A stretch of DNA of 64,000 bases from the human T2T-CHM13v2.0 reference genome, Homo sapiens, in the NCBI RefSeq assembly GCF_009914755.1, contig NC_060929.1. One strand, written 5' to 3'. How positions within the stretch are numbered: position 1 is the first letter of the stretch; the number at the start of each line of letters is the position of its first letter. A program made the position numbers and the translations under genes. Below, piece by piece: positions 44,332 through 59,670 of the stretch. The notes under the pieces are model-generated. The model searched no databases, was not told where the DNA came from, and worked only from the letters and a program-made list of their open reading frames with translations.

Positions 44332-44689
44332 TCTCTGGCATCATTACATCAAGACTAAAGGACCATTTGAACCTCTCAACCACCAAGGGGAACAGAGACT
44401 TGAGCTGAGTAAAGTGAACAAATCTCTCCACTTTAGCAGATTTTTTAAAAATCAGACTTCTTTCTAAGGTTTTAAAACAAAGTTTCAGAGTTTGTCTCTC
44501 TCATGTGTTCCTCTGTAGTGTTTTTCCCCTTTCATTCTTTCATCCTGAGTGAGTAGTAAGTGTATACTTTCATAAATCAGTAGTTTTCCACTTTTATGCT
44601 CAAAAATCAGCTTTATATATGACACAACAGAAGAGTGAATATTGACTAACACATTAGCATATATCAGCAGCTCTGATTAAAAGCAATCA

Positions 44690-44690
<1 letters not shown>

Positions 44691-44720
<30 letters not shown>

Positions 44721-44737
44721 AGAGAGAGAGAGAGAGA
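44691..44737. repeat. Compound (TG)n(AG)n microsatellite
   Basis: Directly visible. Confidence 0.95.
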
Positions 44738-45734
44738 CATTGTTATAAATATTTTTCTAAGCATTTTAAAAGGGAAAAAATGTGGAACTATTTGTAAAGC
44801 ATAAAGAAAAGGTCTCAAGATATAAAGAAGAATTAATTTGGAGCAAATGGCCAGAATCTTATATTTGAAGATCACTTAAAATTTAATAATGGTTGAACAA
44901 GATAGTACAAAATAGAAAGGATTAAAACAAGTGGCTTGCAATCCACTTTTCTCCCAATAATTGTTACCAGAACATGAGAATAATGTATCCCCTCCCTGTA
45001 AGAAGGCAGGTGACCCACTTCAACACCATGCTGGTAACTCTCCTCTTGATATTGCTAGCAGGAGAGTCTTTATCTATAGAATGCTTAAAGTAGGATGTCC
45101 TTGTTTTAGATTGCCTATGGTAAGCAAACATAGCATCTATGGATTGATGAAACATCACTCTCTGTGACCTAATCTATTACTCTGGGTCAAAAAGTTTGTC
45201 AAATACTGAATGGAAGATCTTGTGGAGCCATATGGGAAATTCCAGAGCTTCCCCCACTTCATCTTTGCCTCTTGATTCTGGGGAAGACTTCTAATTCACG
45301 CGCGTCTCATTTGATAATCCAACCCTCTTTGTTGGTTCAAAAATAGCTTCCATTTATAATATAAGTAAATTTGACAGCATATAATTTATATATACATATA
45401 TGTACATATGTAATCTCATTGAATTTTCACAAGAACTAAGTCATTGCCCTCACTTTAGAAGAGAAATGACTGAAGCTCTGAGAGGTGACTAACTTGGCTT
45501 CCATTATACAGTAAGTGGTAGAAACTGGTACCATGCTAGGACTCTTGGGGACAAATGAAATATAAAATCTGGTTTCTGGCTTCCTGCAGTAATCCTCCAT
45601 CTTTCATAAAAATGGTATTCCTAGTCCCTGCAAATAACCTCAGACTTTACTACAAAGAAAGACAAGTACAAGGTTGCAGCAATAGTAACAGAAAAAGCTA
45701 CTTAATGCTGTGCGTACAAACGACTTCTTTTTGG

Positions 45735-47905
45735 AGGACTTCTAGTTCTGGTTCAGCAAGTTAGAAGCCACCACCTCATCCCAAGAAGTTAAAAGCTGAA
45801 AAACTTAAAAATCAATAGCTCTTTTTAGATCCATCAGGGAAGTGACGTGCCAAGGAAAAACTGCTGTGCCCCAAATCTGAGAGGCAAACAGGCAGATACA
45901 GACAATCAAAACTTACCTGAGGAGAACCTACTAATAGAAATATCAGAGGGAACAATGCCTGGATAGAAAAATCAGAACTGTAATTGACAAATTGCTGAAG
46001 GCTCAGTATGGGCAGATCTGAGAGTTTGAAACCCAGGGGTGCCCAGTCATAGGGGAGGACCCACATATTTGTGTGTTTTACCTCCAGAGGCTCTACTAGG
46101 TTCTCACGGTGGATATTCAAGAACAATACCCTCATACTTTTGAAAGAAGTAGGGAAAAGTAGTAAGTAACCATTTTAAAATACAACAGAGCATTCTGTTT
46201 TTCTTAACACATCTGCTTTCAGGAGAAACTATTTTATCAGTAATACCTACTGGGGTTTTAGCAGAGCCTAATCTCCCTACAGAAAGAAAAATATCCAACT
46301 CTAGCACCCTCTAGTCATCTTCTCTACCTAAGAGGGAAAAAATATCTGAGAATCATGACATCACAGTCTTAATAAAAGACTGAGACTTAATCTTTGAATT
46401 GTAGAATGCTCCCTTCCCTCCTCCGCACCTTACTACCATGTTACTAAAAACCCATTTATAGAAGTTTCATTTCCCTGTTACACATTGTCCACTTTTCAAC
46501 AAAAGATTCCAAGGCATACTAAAGGGCAAAAATGCAGTTTGAAGAGGCTGAACAAGCAACAGAACCCATGTCAGATATGACAAAGAAAGTTCAAATTATT
46601 AGATCAGGAATTTAAATAAAAAACAAATTTTTTTTTTTGCAATTTTATATGACTTCATCTTCTTCCCTTTCTTGGCATATCAATTATACTTCTTTTTTTC
46701 TTTTTTAGGGGTTGTCCTAGAGTTTGCAATATACATTTACTACGGATTCAAGGAATTTAAATAAAAAACAAAACTGTGATTAATATGTTAAGGATTTTAA
46801 TGGAAAATGTAGGCAACATGCAAGACCAGGTTAATGGTAGAAAAATACAAATAATTGATATGCCAAGAAAGGGAGGAAGACGAAGTCATATAAAATTGCA
46901 ATTAAATCACAAGAGACAGAAAATATGTGGAATACAAATTTAGGAATAAAGAAAAAAGGCAACAAATAGACAATAATAGTGTTATTATGATACATATGAT
47001 ACATATGATAAAATTAATCTAATTTTAGCCATAATCACTTCAAGCATTAATGATGTAAATACACCAATTAAAAGACAGAGATTGTCAGAGTGAATAAAAA
47101 ATAAGACTCAATTATATGTTTTTTACAAGAAATTTACTTTAAATATAAAAGCATATACCGATTAAAGGGATAGAGAAAGATATGCCATACCAACATTAAT
47201 CTAAACAAAATGGGAGTTGCTATATTAATTTTAAGCAGAGCAGACTTCAGAGCAAAGAAAGATATCAGGGATATAGAGGGAAATTACAGACATTACTTAA
47301 TGATAAAGGGGCCAATACTCCATAAAGACATAATGATCCTTAATATATGTGTACCTAACATCAGAGTTAAAATATAGGCAAAAACTTATAGAACTACAAG
47401 GAGACAGGGACGGATGAATCCACTATTATAATAGAAGACATCAACACCCTTTTCAAAACTCAAGGTGGAAAATCAGTAAGCACATATTTAAACTCAACGC
47501 GATCAATGGACTACTTCATCCTACACCAGCAGAATACTCACTAAGACCAGATTCTGGGTATAAAAGTCAATTGCTTTTCTACAAATCAGTAATCAACAAG
47601 TGTAACTTAAATTTAAAAGACAGTACTATTTACATACTACATTATTATTTAGCACTTCCCTCCCCCAACAAATTAAATGCTTAGGTATAAATCTCAGGAA
47701 ATATGTACAAAGTCTATATGTGGAAAACTACAAAGCTAACAAAAGATATCAAAGAAGAACTAAATAGAGAAATATTCAATGTTCATGGATAGGAAGATTC
47801 AATCTTGTCAGAATGTCATTTCTTCTCAAGTTGATCGTAGATTCCATGCAATCCCAGTCAAATTTCCAGGGAGTCATTTTGTGGATATTGACAAACTGAG
47901 ATGTA
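45735..47905 (+). mobile_element. Old L1M (L1MC/MD-like) with 5' region, remnant ORF1 and decayed ORF2 endonuclease/RT pieces
   Basis: AATACACCAATTAAAAGACAGAGATTGTCAGAGTG (ORF2 EN start), CAGACTTCAGAGCAAAG, TAATGATAAAGGGG and TTCATGGATAGGAAGA. Many stops and deletions. Confidence 0.85.
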
Positions 47906-49229
47906 TAAGGGAATAGGATAATTAAAATTGACATTGGAAATTTTTTCATGCCATATACTCTGTAGTGGCATAAATCTCAGTCACGAAATCAGAGGTGATT
48001 TAACTTCACTTTACCTTTATAACTTCGCTTTTTACAACCTACTCCAAGCCTCTTTTTACTGAGTAATAGAAATAATTGTCAATGCAAATTGTCAACCCTT
48101 CTTTGAAGTTGATTATAAGTTCAAGGGGACTTTTAATAACTTGAGTAATATATTGAGATTGGAGCACCCTTTGGTGCTTAATATTTGTTGAGCTGTACAT
48201 CTCATTGGGTCCTTGGTCTTTGCGGGTTTTTTTTTTCAGGCCATTGCTGTTTTATGCCTTAAATTTGGCTAACAGTCCTTATAGGGTCTGATGAATCCCC
48301 ATTCTAGGTTTCTTCTCTTTCTGAATCATTCTGGCAGGCAGTGGAAATTGTGAGATTGTCTGAGGTCCATTCTCCTCAACCCGTCATGCAGCCATTGCTC
48401 CTGTGTCATGTCTAGTGTGCGGGGATATTCTGAGGTCTTCCTACCTCTCCAGGATCTACTGGGAAGTGACGTAGTTTCTCTGTAATCTGGACTTCTCCAC
48501 AACTATTTGAAATTATTGTTTTGCTCCATTCTGGGGTCTTGGTCTAAGATGAGGAGTGTGGCTAATGTGCAGGTATCTTTCTTAGGGACATATCAGTATC
48601 TGAGCTCTCATTGCTTTTTCTCTTAATGGAAGTAGAAAACTTTACTTTTACTTCTTATATTTGTTATATGCTTGATGCTTCCTAGAGCTTAGGCTATTGA
48701 CACTCGATAAAGCTTGTTCTATATTCTTCTGCTGTGCTAAACTTTTCATGGATGCCAATGCTATGCAGACCAAATGCAAAATGTCTTAAGAAGTAACAAG
48801 GATAAAAGAAATGATATTATTATTTAATATTCTTTCACCATCTTTTACATAAAGATGAGGGAAATGAGAATTGTGGAGATTTGAAAAGGAGGTGAAATGA
48901 AGAAGCACAGCTAACACTAGCAGGTGGGTAGTTCAACTTTTTCTCCTTCTAGGATGCCACAGTACCACTAAAACTCCAAGGACAAAAGAGAAATGTTATA
49001 GTAACAATAATAATAATAACAGGTAACATTTATTTATGGCTTACTCTGCTGGAAACTTCTCTAATGAATATTTGTGAATTATTTCATTGAACTCTCACAG
49101 CTCAGGAGGTAAATATATTTCATCATTTTACAGGTGGGAGAACTGAGGCACAAAAAGGAACATTGACATGCACAAAGAGAGGCAACAGCTGTCTCCAGCT
49201 GTAATATCATGCTACCCTGGTTATGTGGT

Positions 49230-50186
49230 TGTACTAGTTATTGGCGGTTTATGTTGCTTCGTAACAAATTACCCTGAAACTTGGAGGTAAAATCAATAAA
49301 CATCTTATACATTTTCAGTTAGTTAGGGATTTGGGAGCAACTTAACTAGATGTTACTGGCTGAGGGTTTTTCATCAAATTGCAGTATGGTGTAAACTGAG
49401 TCTGCAGTCACCTGCAGGCTTGACTGGGGCTGATGAATTCGATTCCAGAGTGGGTTAGTTGCTCACATGCCTGAGTAATTTGTGCTGGCTGCTGGCAGGA
49501 GGCCTCAGTTCTTCGCCATATGTCCCCCTCCATAGAGGTGCTTGAGCTTTTTTGTGACATGGTGGTTGGCTTCCAAAAAGAATGATGATCAAGAAAGAAA
49601 GAGCAAGAGTGAGAGGCAGAGAGAAAGAGAGAGAGAGAGGCTTCAATACCTTGTATGATTGCTAGAAACTTCAGGTTTTATCCCTCTCAAATTCTTATAT
49701 TGGTACCCTAATCTTCGATAGGATAGTGTTAGGAGGTAGGGGCTTTGTAAGGTAACTAGGTCATGAGGGATCAGTGTCCTTGTAAGAAGATAAAAAGTGC
49801 TAGTAGCCCTTACTCTTTGCCATGTGAAGATACAAGATGTCAGCTGTCTGCAACCTGGTAAAGGATCCTCACCAGAACCTGACCATGCTAGCACCCTGAT
49901 CTAGGACTTCCAGCCTCCAGAACTGTGAGAAATAAGTGTTTGCTGTTTAAGCCACCAAGTCTATGGTAATTGTTATAATAGCCTGAACTGACCAAGACAA
50001 TAACCTTGACTAGGAGTTATACACTGTCACTTCTGCCATTTTTATTTGTTAATTTGTTAATTTCAGTTAGTATTTTAGAAGTCAGTCGTTAAGTCAAGCA
50101 TATATTCAAGGACAGAGCAATTAGTCTTCATCTTCTGAAGGGGGAAATGTCAAAGAATATGTGGGCATATTTTAAAACCACCGCAA
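49230..50186 (-). mobile_element. MLT1F/G/H-like LTR interrupted by MLT1A0
   Basis: GTAACAAATTACCC...GGCTTGACTGGGGCTG...GGAGGCCTCAGTTC; resumes after 50000 with TCACTTCTGCCAT...TTTTAAAACCACCGCA. Confidence 0.8.
49660..49999 (+). mobile_element. MLT1A0-like LTR nested in the opposite orientation
   Basis: GGTCATGAGGG...GGACTTCCAGCCTCCAGAACTGTGAGAAATAA...GAACTGACCAAGACA. Confidence 0.85.
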
Positions 50187-50457
50187 TAGGTATTCTACAT
50201 TTATCATGAATATAGTAATTTAGTCCAATTTAACTTCTTGCTCTTTACATGTATTTGTAAAAAATATTGTCACAATAAACACATCCAAGGTGGCTATATT
50301 ATGAAAAATAAATTGTATACAATTGAATCCACCAACACCTTGGGCTAGTGTTATGGCATAAAAACAATAATAGCTTGGATGTTTGCTTTATTGTGCTTGG
50401 GAATTGATTTCTTAATTTATAAAGATAACAATTTCCTCTGCTTTTATTTGTGGCTAG

Positions 50458-51083
<626 letters not shown>

Positions 51084-51189
51084 AGCCTGTGGCTGTTTTT
51101 AATGTGTTTTTCATTTTCCTCCTTGATATATTGAAGTCAGTCTCTGTGGTACATTTGTCTTTCTTGAGTTACATTCATAGATAAAGTGC

Positions 51190-51425
51190 AGTTTACAGCC
51201 TCCAGCTCTACATGCGTGGGTTCAAATTCCAGTCTTACCACTTAAGAATTTTGTGATTTTGGGACATTTAAATAGTTTAAGTCTCAATTTCCTTGTCTGT
51301 AAAATGTAGATGATAATAGTGCATATGCCATGTGATTGTGATGAGTAAATGATGTACCTGCATGTAAACTGTTTATCACAGTGCCTGACACATATGCTCA
51401 ATACAGGTTATTTGTATTGTTGTCA
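51190..51425 (+). mobile_element. MIR SINE
   Basis: GGGTTCAAATTCCAG...TCTCAATTTCCTTGTCTGTAAAATG...CACAGTGCCTGACACAT. Confidence 0.8.
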
Positions 51426-52454
51426 TTTTTAAAACTCAGAACAAAACTGATATACATTGACTTTTTTTTTTTTTTTTTTTTTTTTAAGTAACTGACAAAT
51501 GACATGAGACCACCAACTTCTTTCTCATGGGTATCACGATATTTAAATATGTCCCCTTTTAGCAAATGAAGCTTTAAACTAATCAGCTATTAAACACATG
51601 ATTGCCAAGCACCTTATTTTCAAAGAATTTATCCATATTCCCTTAGGATCAGGCCAAATGGCTTAACTGATTTCACTATTCCCCCTTAAGGTCACTTGGT
51701 TAATGACAATAAAACACTTAATTATAGTAGAGTCGCAGATCAAGCTTCCCAGCTCACTCCAGTTTTACTGAGAATTTGCCTCTTGGTTTCTCTTTTCAGT
51801 CTTGTTCTCTATTAAGTCAGATCTCAGATGATTGTGTTATCAATCACACTAGCAACATTTACTCAATATATCCAATAATATGATCAGAAAATCATATATG
51901 TTCTTTTGAGATAAGCTTCTGCAGCTGTTTTTATTGCACATGGTAAGTAAAGCAATATGCAAATACCTGGGTTGATAAGTGGAATGGACCAAGATGTAAA
52001 GTTGACTGTCCTTTATAAATTCAGGAAGTATTCAAATCACTTAGTTACTGGGCTTTTTATGACTATGATTCCTAGATTGAATCTCTGGAAAGGTAAATAA
52101 TTTAATTATTTGAATTCAAATCAGGGAGTGCTTGTCTTCTCTTGTTATGAATATCATCATTATGTAATGCCAACACTGGAATATCCTGTTTTATGGGAAG
52201 TAATGAATCATCCAGTTATCTATGAAGGTAGAGTATGACAGATGTGACAGTCCACAGAAGATTCTGTCGGGTAATTTGGCTTCAATTTACCTCGACCAGC
52301 CCAGTTCAATGATTAAAACTAGTTATCTCTTCAGCGTATAAATGGGCATTATTGTCCAACACAGGCTACATAACTTTTTCTATCTAGGCTGTTTTTCCAG
52401 GGAATATACTGGGAAAGAAAAAGAAGACATTTTCCTTTGGTTGTTTTGTGAAGA

Positions 52455-52620
52455 TTTTCAGTCCTGGATGTGCATCAGAATTATCCACAGGGCTTTAAAA
52501 GATTCAAACGCCAAGGCTTCATCTTAGACTTACTGATTTGGAAAATCTAGGGACAGATGCACACGTTTAAAGATCTCTTTTGCTAATTTTAATGCACTCT
52601 TAGGTTTAAGAATCATCACA
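52455..52620. mobile_element. MER5-family remnant
   Basis: GCATCAGAATTATCC...AGACTTACTGA...AATGCAC...GTTTAAGAATCA. Confidence 0.55.
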
Positions 52621-53110
52621 TATGCTGAAGTTTTAATTGAGAAAAAAATCAGCGGTCACTTTGCAATTTTCTTTTTCCTAAAAGTATAAATTAGGAATTA
52701 ATATAATACCCAGTACACACTAAACAAGCTCTGTCATGGTAGAGATTTTGCACAGAGCTTCAAAGCTCGTGTTAAAGGAAATAAGGAAGCTGTAACAGGG
52801 AACGTGTCTGTTCTTATTACTTGGGTTAGAGGAATTTCTGGAAAAAGTTCTGTTCCTAGAGGAAATCTAATAAACCACTTCTGAGCTGCATTTTATTTTT
52901 ACTTTTACTTTTTACTTTTCGACAAACTGATTAACATTTCAAGGTTTTTCTCCCCCTCATGTATGATTTTGTAGACTTCATTGACTCATGATTCAGACAT
53001 AAGGTTGTATGTGATTGCATTTTTGTGATAAACTTTGTTTACAATTTACTGGATTCTCTAATCTTGCACAGGTCATTTGCTAATTTCAAACTTTAAAATC
53101 TCAGAATATA

Positions 53111-53451
<341 letters not shown>

Positions 53452-53685
53452 CTATATTGAAACTTCCCTGGGGGCAGTTACTTACAACCATGTTTTGCTT
53501 CCAACCCTACATCTAGTTATGATGCTTATTTTGCTTTGTATAGAACAGTGTCTGGCACATAGTAGGAGTTTAATTAATATCTGCTGAATGAATAATCTCC
53601 CCAAATCTGCCCAATTTTTCACCTGTTACTCTACTTCTTTTGCCCTGATAGAAATGATGTAGAACATGTTTTATTATAGCAGATA

Positions 53686-53719
53686 TGTGTGTGTGTGTGT
53701 GTGTGTGTGTGTCTGTGTG
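53686..53719. repeat. (TG)n microsatellite
   Basis: Directly visible. Confidence 0.95.
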
Positions 53720-54299
53720 TATTTGTTGTGACCACCTAGTACTTTTTAAAAAAGAATTAAAAAACATATGCACTGAGAATTGAATTCTCCACTATTTCCT
53801 TTGTTATATCACATTACAACACCTCGCTGAGATGTGGTTTTAAGCATTGAACTTGAAATGTTAGTTTGTTTTTATGAACTGGACAAACTCTTTAAAGCCA
53901 TCACCATTCTGCTCCTCACAATAAAATTAGCCATTTTGCACTTATATTTTCTGGTGCCAAGCTACATGTATTTTACTCTGGAGAAACATCTTAGTTTTTG
54001 TGAAAGATGGTTTGGAAGAATTAAATATGTGCAAAGTGAATGATGGTGGCAATAAAAATTATTTTTGGAAAGCCTGCCTTTATTAAAAACTAGTTTTTCA
54101 GTGGAAAAATAAGACACATGTTTTCTAGCAGTATGTATGAAGCTTTTAATAATTTTTAAGTGATTTTGCATATTTTATCATGTTTACAGCACATTTAATC
54201 CTCAAATATCTAGGGATAAACTTGAAACTTTATATTTGAATGATTAAAGAAATGGAGAAAGGGTCGTGACTTCCTTACTATAGCTAATAGTTTTAATAG

Positions 54300-54538
54300 T
54301 ATCTATCATTTAATGAGTAATTGTAATATATCAGGAATTCTGCTACTTGATTTATATATATCATCTCATTTAATCCACTCAGCAACCCAATAAAGTAGGT
54401 ATTATGAATGAGGAAACTAAGGCTCAGGGCAATTGCCTTGCTGAAGACCAGACAATAAGTGGCACAGTAAGTGACTAGGTTTGGCACCCAATCCACTGGA
54501 ATTGAAAGTCCCTGTTCTTAACAATACTACTATGCTCC
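54300..54538 (-). mobile_element. MIR SINE
   Basis: TCTCATTTAATCC...ATGAGGAAACTAAGGCTCAG...TCTTAACAATACTACTATGCT. Confidence 0.75.
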
Positions 54539-54933
54539 TGATGCTTAACTGCAATTTTCCTAATAACAAATACCTTTTTTTCCCCATTATATTATGCTTT
54601 CTTTTTATTACAGCAACCATAGACCCAAATCAATGAAGACAATGTAAATGTGCCAACCACATTTATGAATTGTAGATCTTAAATAAAGCATTATAAAATT
54701 TATACAATAAGTATTAATGAATTTTATTATTGATAAATACTCAAAAATAATTATTATTTGATTGGATTTACTGTTTTACTGCCTCCTAGCTTGCAGAACA
54801 ATATTCTGACTGCTGCCATTTAAATTGAGATTTGTTATTTTATAAACTATCATTCACAGAGGACATACATTCACTCTGGCTAAATAATATCTTGCCTCTC
54901 TCAGAAGCATACGCTTACTCACAGGTGTACTTA

Positions 54934-55343
<410 letters not shown>

Positions 55344-57641
55344 CTACCTTTTAAAAACAGTCCTCACATTTATCTTTTACACCATGCATGGCTGGAATTG
55401 TAGTACTTCTGTAAATGTGTTGTTTCTCTTAGTCCAATTTACTGGCCAGATGTCTGTGTCATAAAACCACCATCACCACCACCACTCTTGGTACTAATTA
55501 GCACCCCATTTGTCAGCTTCAGTCCAGTGGTGGGGATGTGAGTGATTATAAATACTATAATACCTTCTCACCTGTGAAAGTAGCCCTTCCAAAGACAAAG
55601 AAGAAAGCGCAGCAGGCGGGAAACCTGCATTATTGTCACCTGAGCTGTTCCTTTCTCTGGACAATTTCAAGCCTAAACATCTGTTCTAAACACTACGTTT
55701 ATTAAACTAAATAACAAAATACATTCATCTGTATATAATAGCCCTCCCAGGGGATACAGAATGGGATTTCCCTCTTTCTAAAGAAAGTGAAACAGTTGAC
55801 AGAGTCTTGTGTCTGTTTAATGTCAAGAAAAGCAGCCTGGGAAATGGGAAAGGAACTTATTAGGAAAGATTTTTTCCCCCCTTGACCGTGGTATGACTGT
55901 TGCTGAAGATATGCTTATGTGAATTCTCCTGCAGTTTTTAATTACAGGGTTAATTGTTGGCAGGTGGGTAAGAGTTCTGTTACATGTAATGTTTAATTGT
56001 TTATCCTTTGCTCTTTGTTAGAAATTGCATGCATTTTGGAATGCATTAGTTTGAAAATGAGACTCGAGAGGTCTGTTGTGATAATGTGTTCTTTTCCATG
56101 CTAGAGGACAAAATAAACTCAGATGGTATAGTCCTAATTCTCGCAAGGTCAAAAACTTTCCTTGTAAGTAGAAATCGTATGACTACCAATAAATATAGAG
56201 GCCATCCACTTAACATTCTTAATAAAAGTAAAGAAAAAGTCAGGTAAATGTAGCCATCTTGGGTGGATATAAAAGCCCATTCTAAAGCCAACACAAATGG
56301 TATCAAATATTTTAACTTTTCTCTTCCCCTTTCTTATGACAGTTACAACTTGACCCTGACTCTTTCTCTCACTTTTCTTCTTGTTCCTCCTTGTCTCCTA
56401 AAGACTTCACCTAAATTTTGAATGTATTTCCCCCATCACAAGGCTCTCAGCACTCCCATACCCTGTAACCTCAATCCTCTGCAGTCCTAAAACTCCAGCA
56501 AGCTATAGAGCTCAAAGGAAGTGAACTGACTTTTAGAATAGGGACTGGAAGAATGAAAAAGTCTAAAAGGATTCAGAGAGGTAAAAATAAACTGGTTATA
56601 GGTGTAGAGAGAAAGTCCAGTCAAAGATGCGATTCTAGGTTAGGCATGGGATTGGATTGTTGGTGTGGAGGATAGCACTTCAATGAGAGCAGAAAGCTAA
56701 GAAGTGTGGAGGATAGCGCTTACGGAAGATGACAGATATGTTTGATGAATATTGGAAGAAAACATGCTTTGAGAATGTTGATGGAGCATTCAAAATGAGG
56801 GAAAAAAAGAAAGGAAGGTTTAGTACTTATCGATCTCGTACTTACATTAGTGATGTCTGCACTGCACCAAGGGTGATTATTACATGCCTCAGCAGTCACA
56901 CTATTTCTTATTATGACCCATATATGATTATATATCTTATTGTGACCCACATGTGATTATACATTTATGGTACACACATGACCACTGGCTCACCTGTTGA
57001 GTATCTAAATGACAAATGAGAGCCTGAACTTTTGTAAAAACACACCCTTGGTGTGAAATACAATAATAATACTGTGTCATATGAATTGCTACCTTGAGTT
57101 TGACAAAAAAGACTTTTATTTGGGCATGTTAAACAAGGAGTGCTATATTTCATTTACAAAGTAATTTACAGAGTATTTACAGAGTAAATAACTCATAGTA
57201 TGAGTTTTATGAACTCAATAAGGAGGCCAAGTTTGTCTGCAATAAAAGTTATTTAGATTGATTACTTGGATTGCTAACCTATTGTAAAGTGACTTCTTCT
57301 CCTTTTTTTCTTTTTGACTAGTTATAGATGTAGAGGAAACTTAGATAATATATCCAGACCTTTCTCCATCAGACCAACATTGACTATTAATTCACATTCT
57401 CACATATTTCCTCCTGTTCAGCTTGAAATGTCTCAAGCTGATTCCTTTGGTATCTTTCTCTGTAAGTTTAAAGAGCATCTGCATATTGTACTTCAGTTTA
57501 AGATATTATTTATTGAATCTTCACTTTAGTTTTATTTCACTTATCACACATGTATATTTTCCTTCTTCCTAAAATATCATGGTATGCATTTGGGTAGATC
57601 CATATTAAGTATGATGAATAAATGCTATATAAAACTGGACA

Positions 57642-57982
<341 letters not shown>

Positions 57983-57984
57983 TT

Positions 57985-58558
57985 AAAAATATATATCTCA
58001 TTGACAAATACCATATATAAAGGCGTGCAGGTGTGCAACATGATGATTTAATATGCATACGTATTGTGTAGTGGTTGCCACAATTAAGTTAATTAACACA
58101 TCCATCACCACCCATGCTGTATCTTAGAACTCCAACCTTATTTTACACCTGAAACTTTATATTTTTTGACCAACATCTCCTGATAGCTCCCAGCCTCCAG
58201 GCTCTAGTAACCACTATTCCACTCTGTTTCTATGAGTTTGAATTTTTAGATTCCATATATAAGTGAGATAATCCAGTGTTTATCTTCCTATGTCTGGCTT
58301 ATTTCACTTGGCATAATGTCCTCCAGTCTCATCCATATTGTCACAAATAGGAGGATTTCCTTCTTTTTATGACAGAATAATATTCCATTGTGTATGTATT
58401 CACACACACACATACACACACATTTTCTTTATCCATTTTTCTGTTGATGAACACTTGGGTTGTTTTCATATCTTGGCTATTGTGAATAATGCTCCAATAA
58501 ACATGAGGATTCAGATAGCTCTTCAAGACGTTAATTTTATTTCCTTTGGCTATATATA
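57985..58558 (-). mobile_element. L1MA-type 3' end
   Basis: TTAATTAACACATCCATCACC, TTTTTAGATTCCATATATAAGTGAGAT and TGGCTATTGTGAATAATGCT. Confidence 0.88.
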
Positions 58559-58659
58559 ACACTCTTACTACTTTTTCATTTTTACACAGAAGTGGGAAGG
58601 AGAGAGCTGAAAATATTTAGTGAACAGAACTCTTGACTACATCAAATGGGTTTAGAATT

Positions 58660-59670
58660 CAGCATTAAAAATAATTATTTCTCAAAACTTTGAAGTTATG
58701 ATCCCCCTAAATTTGCTTTCCATTATTCCTTTGATGATGTCCAAAGCTCCTTTAATACTAGATCTTTAGTTTATGACTTCTTCCTCCTCTCTGGAAGCCT
58801 ATAGAATCTTCTTTTATCTCCTGTTTTCTGAATTTCAATGACATGTTTTGTTGAGCTGGGCCCAGAGGCCTATTTGATTGGAAACTCATATTCTTCATTT
58901 CTGGGAATTTTTAAAATATATTTCTTTAATGATTTTCTCCCTTCTTTTCTATCTTTCCAGAACTTATATTATCTGGATATTAATAACAGTTTTTTTGATA
59001 TTTTCTTACATGGTATGATTTATTTATTTCACATTTTTTTTTTAAATATTATTTTGGTTTCCCTCCTGTTAGAAACTTTTCTAAGATGTCCTTTCACATT
59101 TTGAAGGCATTAAAATGCTGATTGGAAACTCTGAACATTTGGATGGGGTTTACATCTGGGTACCTTACTCTAGATTGACTTGGCTGAGCTGTTTTCTTTG
59201 GAAACCCCTGATACCAATATCTTTAGGACTTCCTCATGAAATGTCCAGACTCCCATGACAAGTATCATCTAATTGTCCTCCTGGGGAGTGTAGGCCTGGC
59301 TGTTGGTATTCTGAGATCCAGGTGAGAGAAGAGTGCTGTGGTTGAGGAGTAAGATGTTCATTTACTACTTCTGCTCTCCCAGTTGCTGTCAACCGAGCTG
59401 TTAAACTCTGGGTCCAAAGAGTCTTTTTTTTTTTTTTTAACTCTGTGAAAACAAACTTTCAATCTTCTGCAGGGATTGTGGAGTAGTTCCTTGGTTGCAC
59501 AGAGTGCAGGAGAGGGAACTTATCTGTGGATTCTAACTGCTTCTAATATAGATTTTCAACCTCCTTCCTTTCTTTAGTTCTATTTTCACCTCTTTTCCAG
59601 ATGTAACTAACAAGCAACTCTAATTCCTGAGTTTCATGGGTTCTGCATGTGATTGTTTGCTTCCTTCTTC
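58660..59670 (-). mobile_element. Ancient L1ME/HAL1-like remnant
   Basis: CTCTGGAAGC..TAGAATCTTCTTTTATC, TTCATTTCTGGGAATTTT and GCTGATTGGAAACTCTG motifs; highly decayed. Confidence 0.5.

Noticed and set aside
47020-47560. L1 ORF2 endonuclease coding potential
   Set aside because: Frameshifted and stop-ridden; no ORF of 60 aa or more in the track.
56663-56965. Short direct repeats (GTGTGGAGGATAGC x2; ~30-bp TGACCCA..TGATTATA x2)
   Set aside because: Common small tandem duplications with no further structure.
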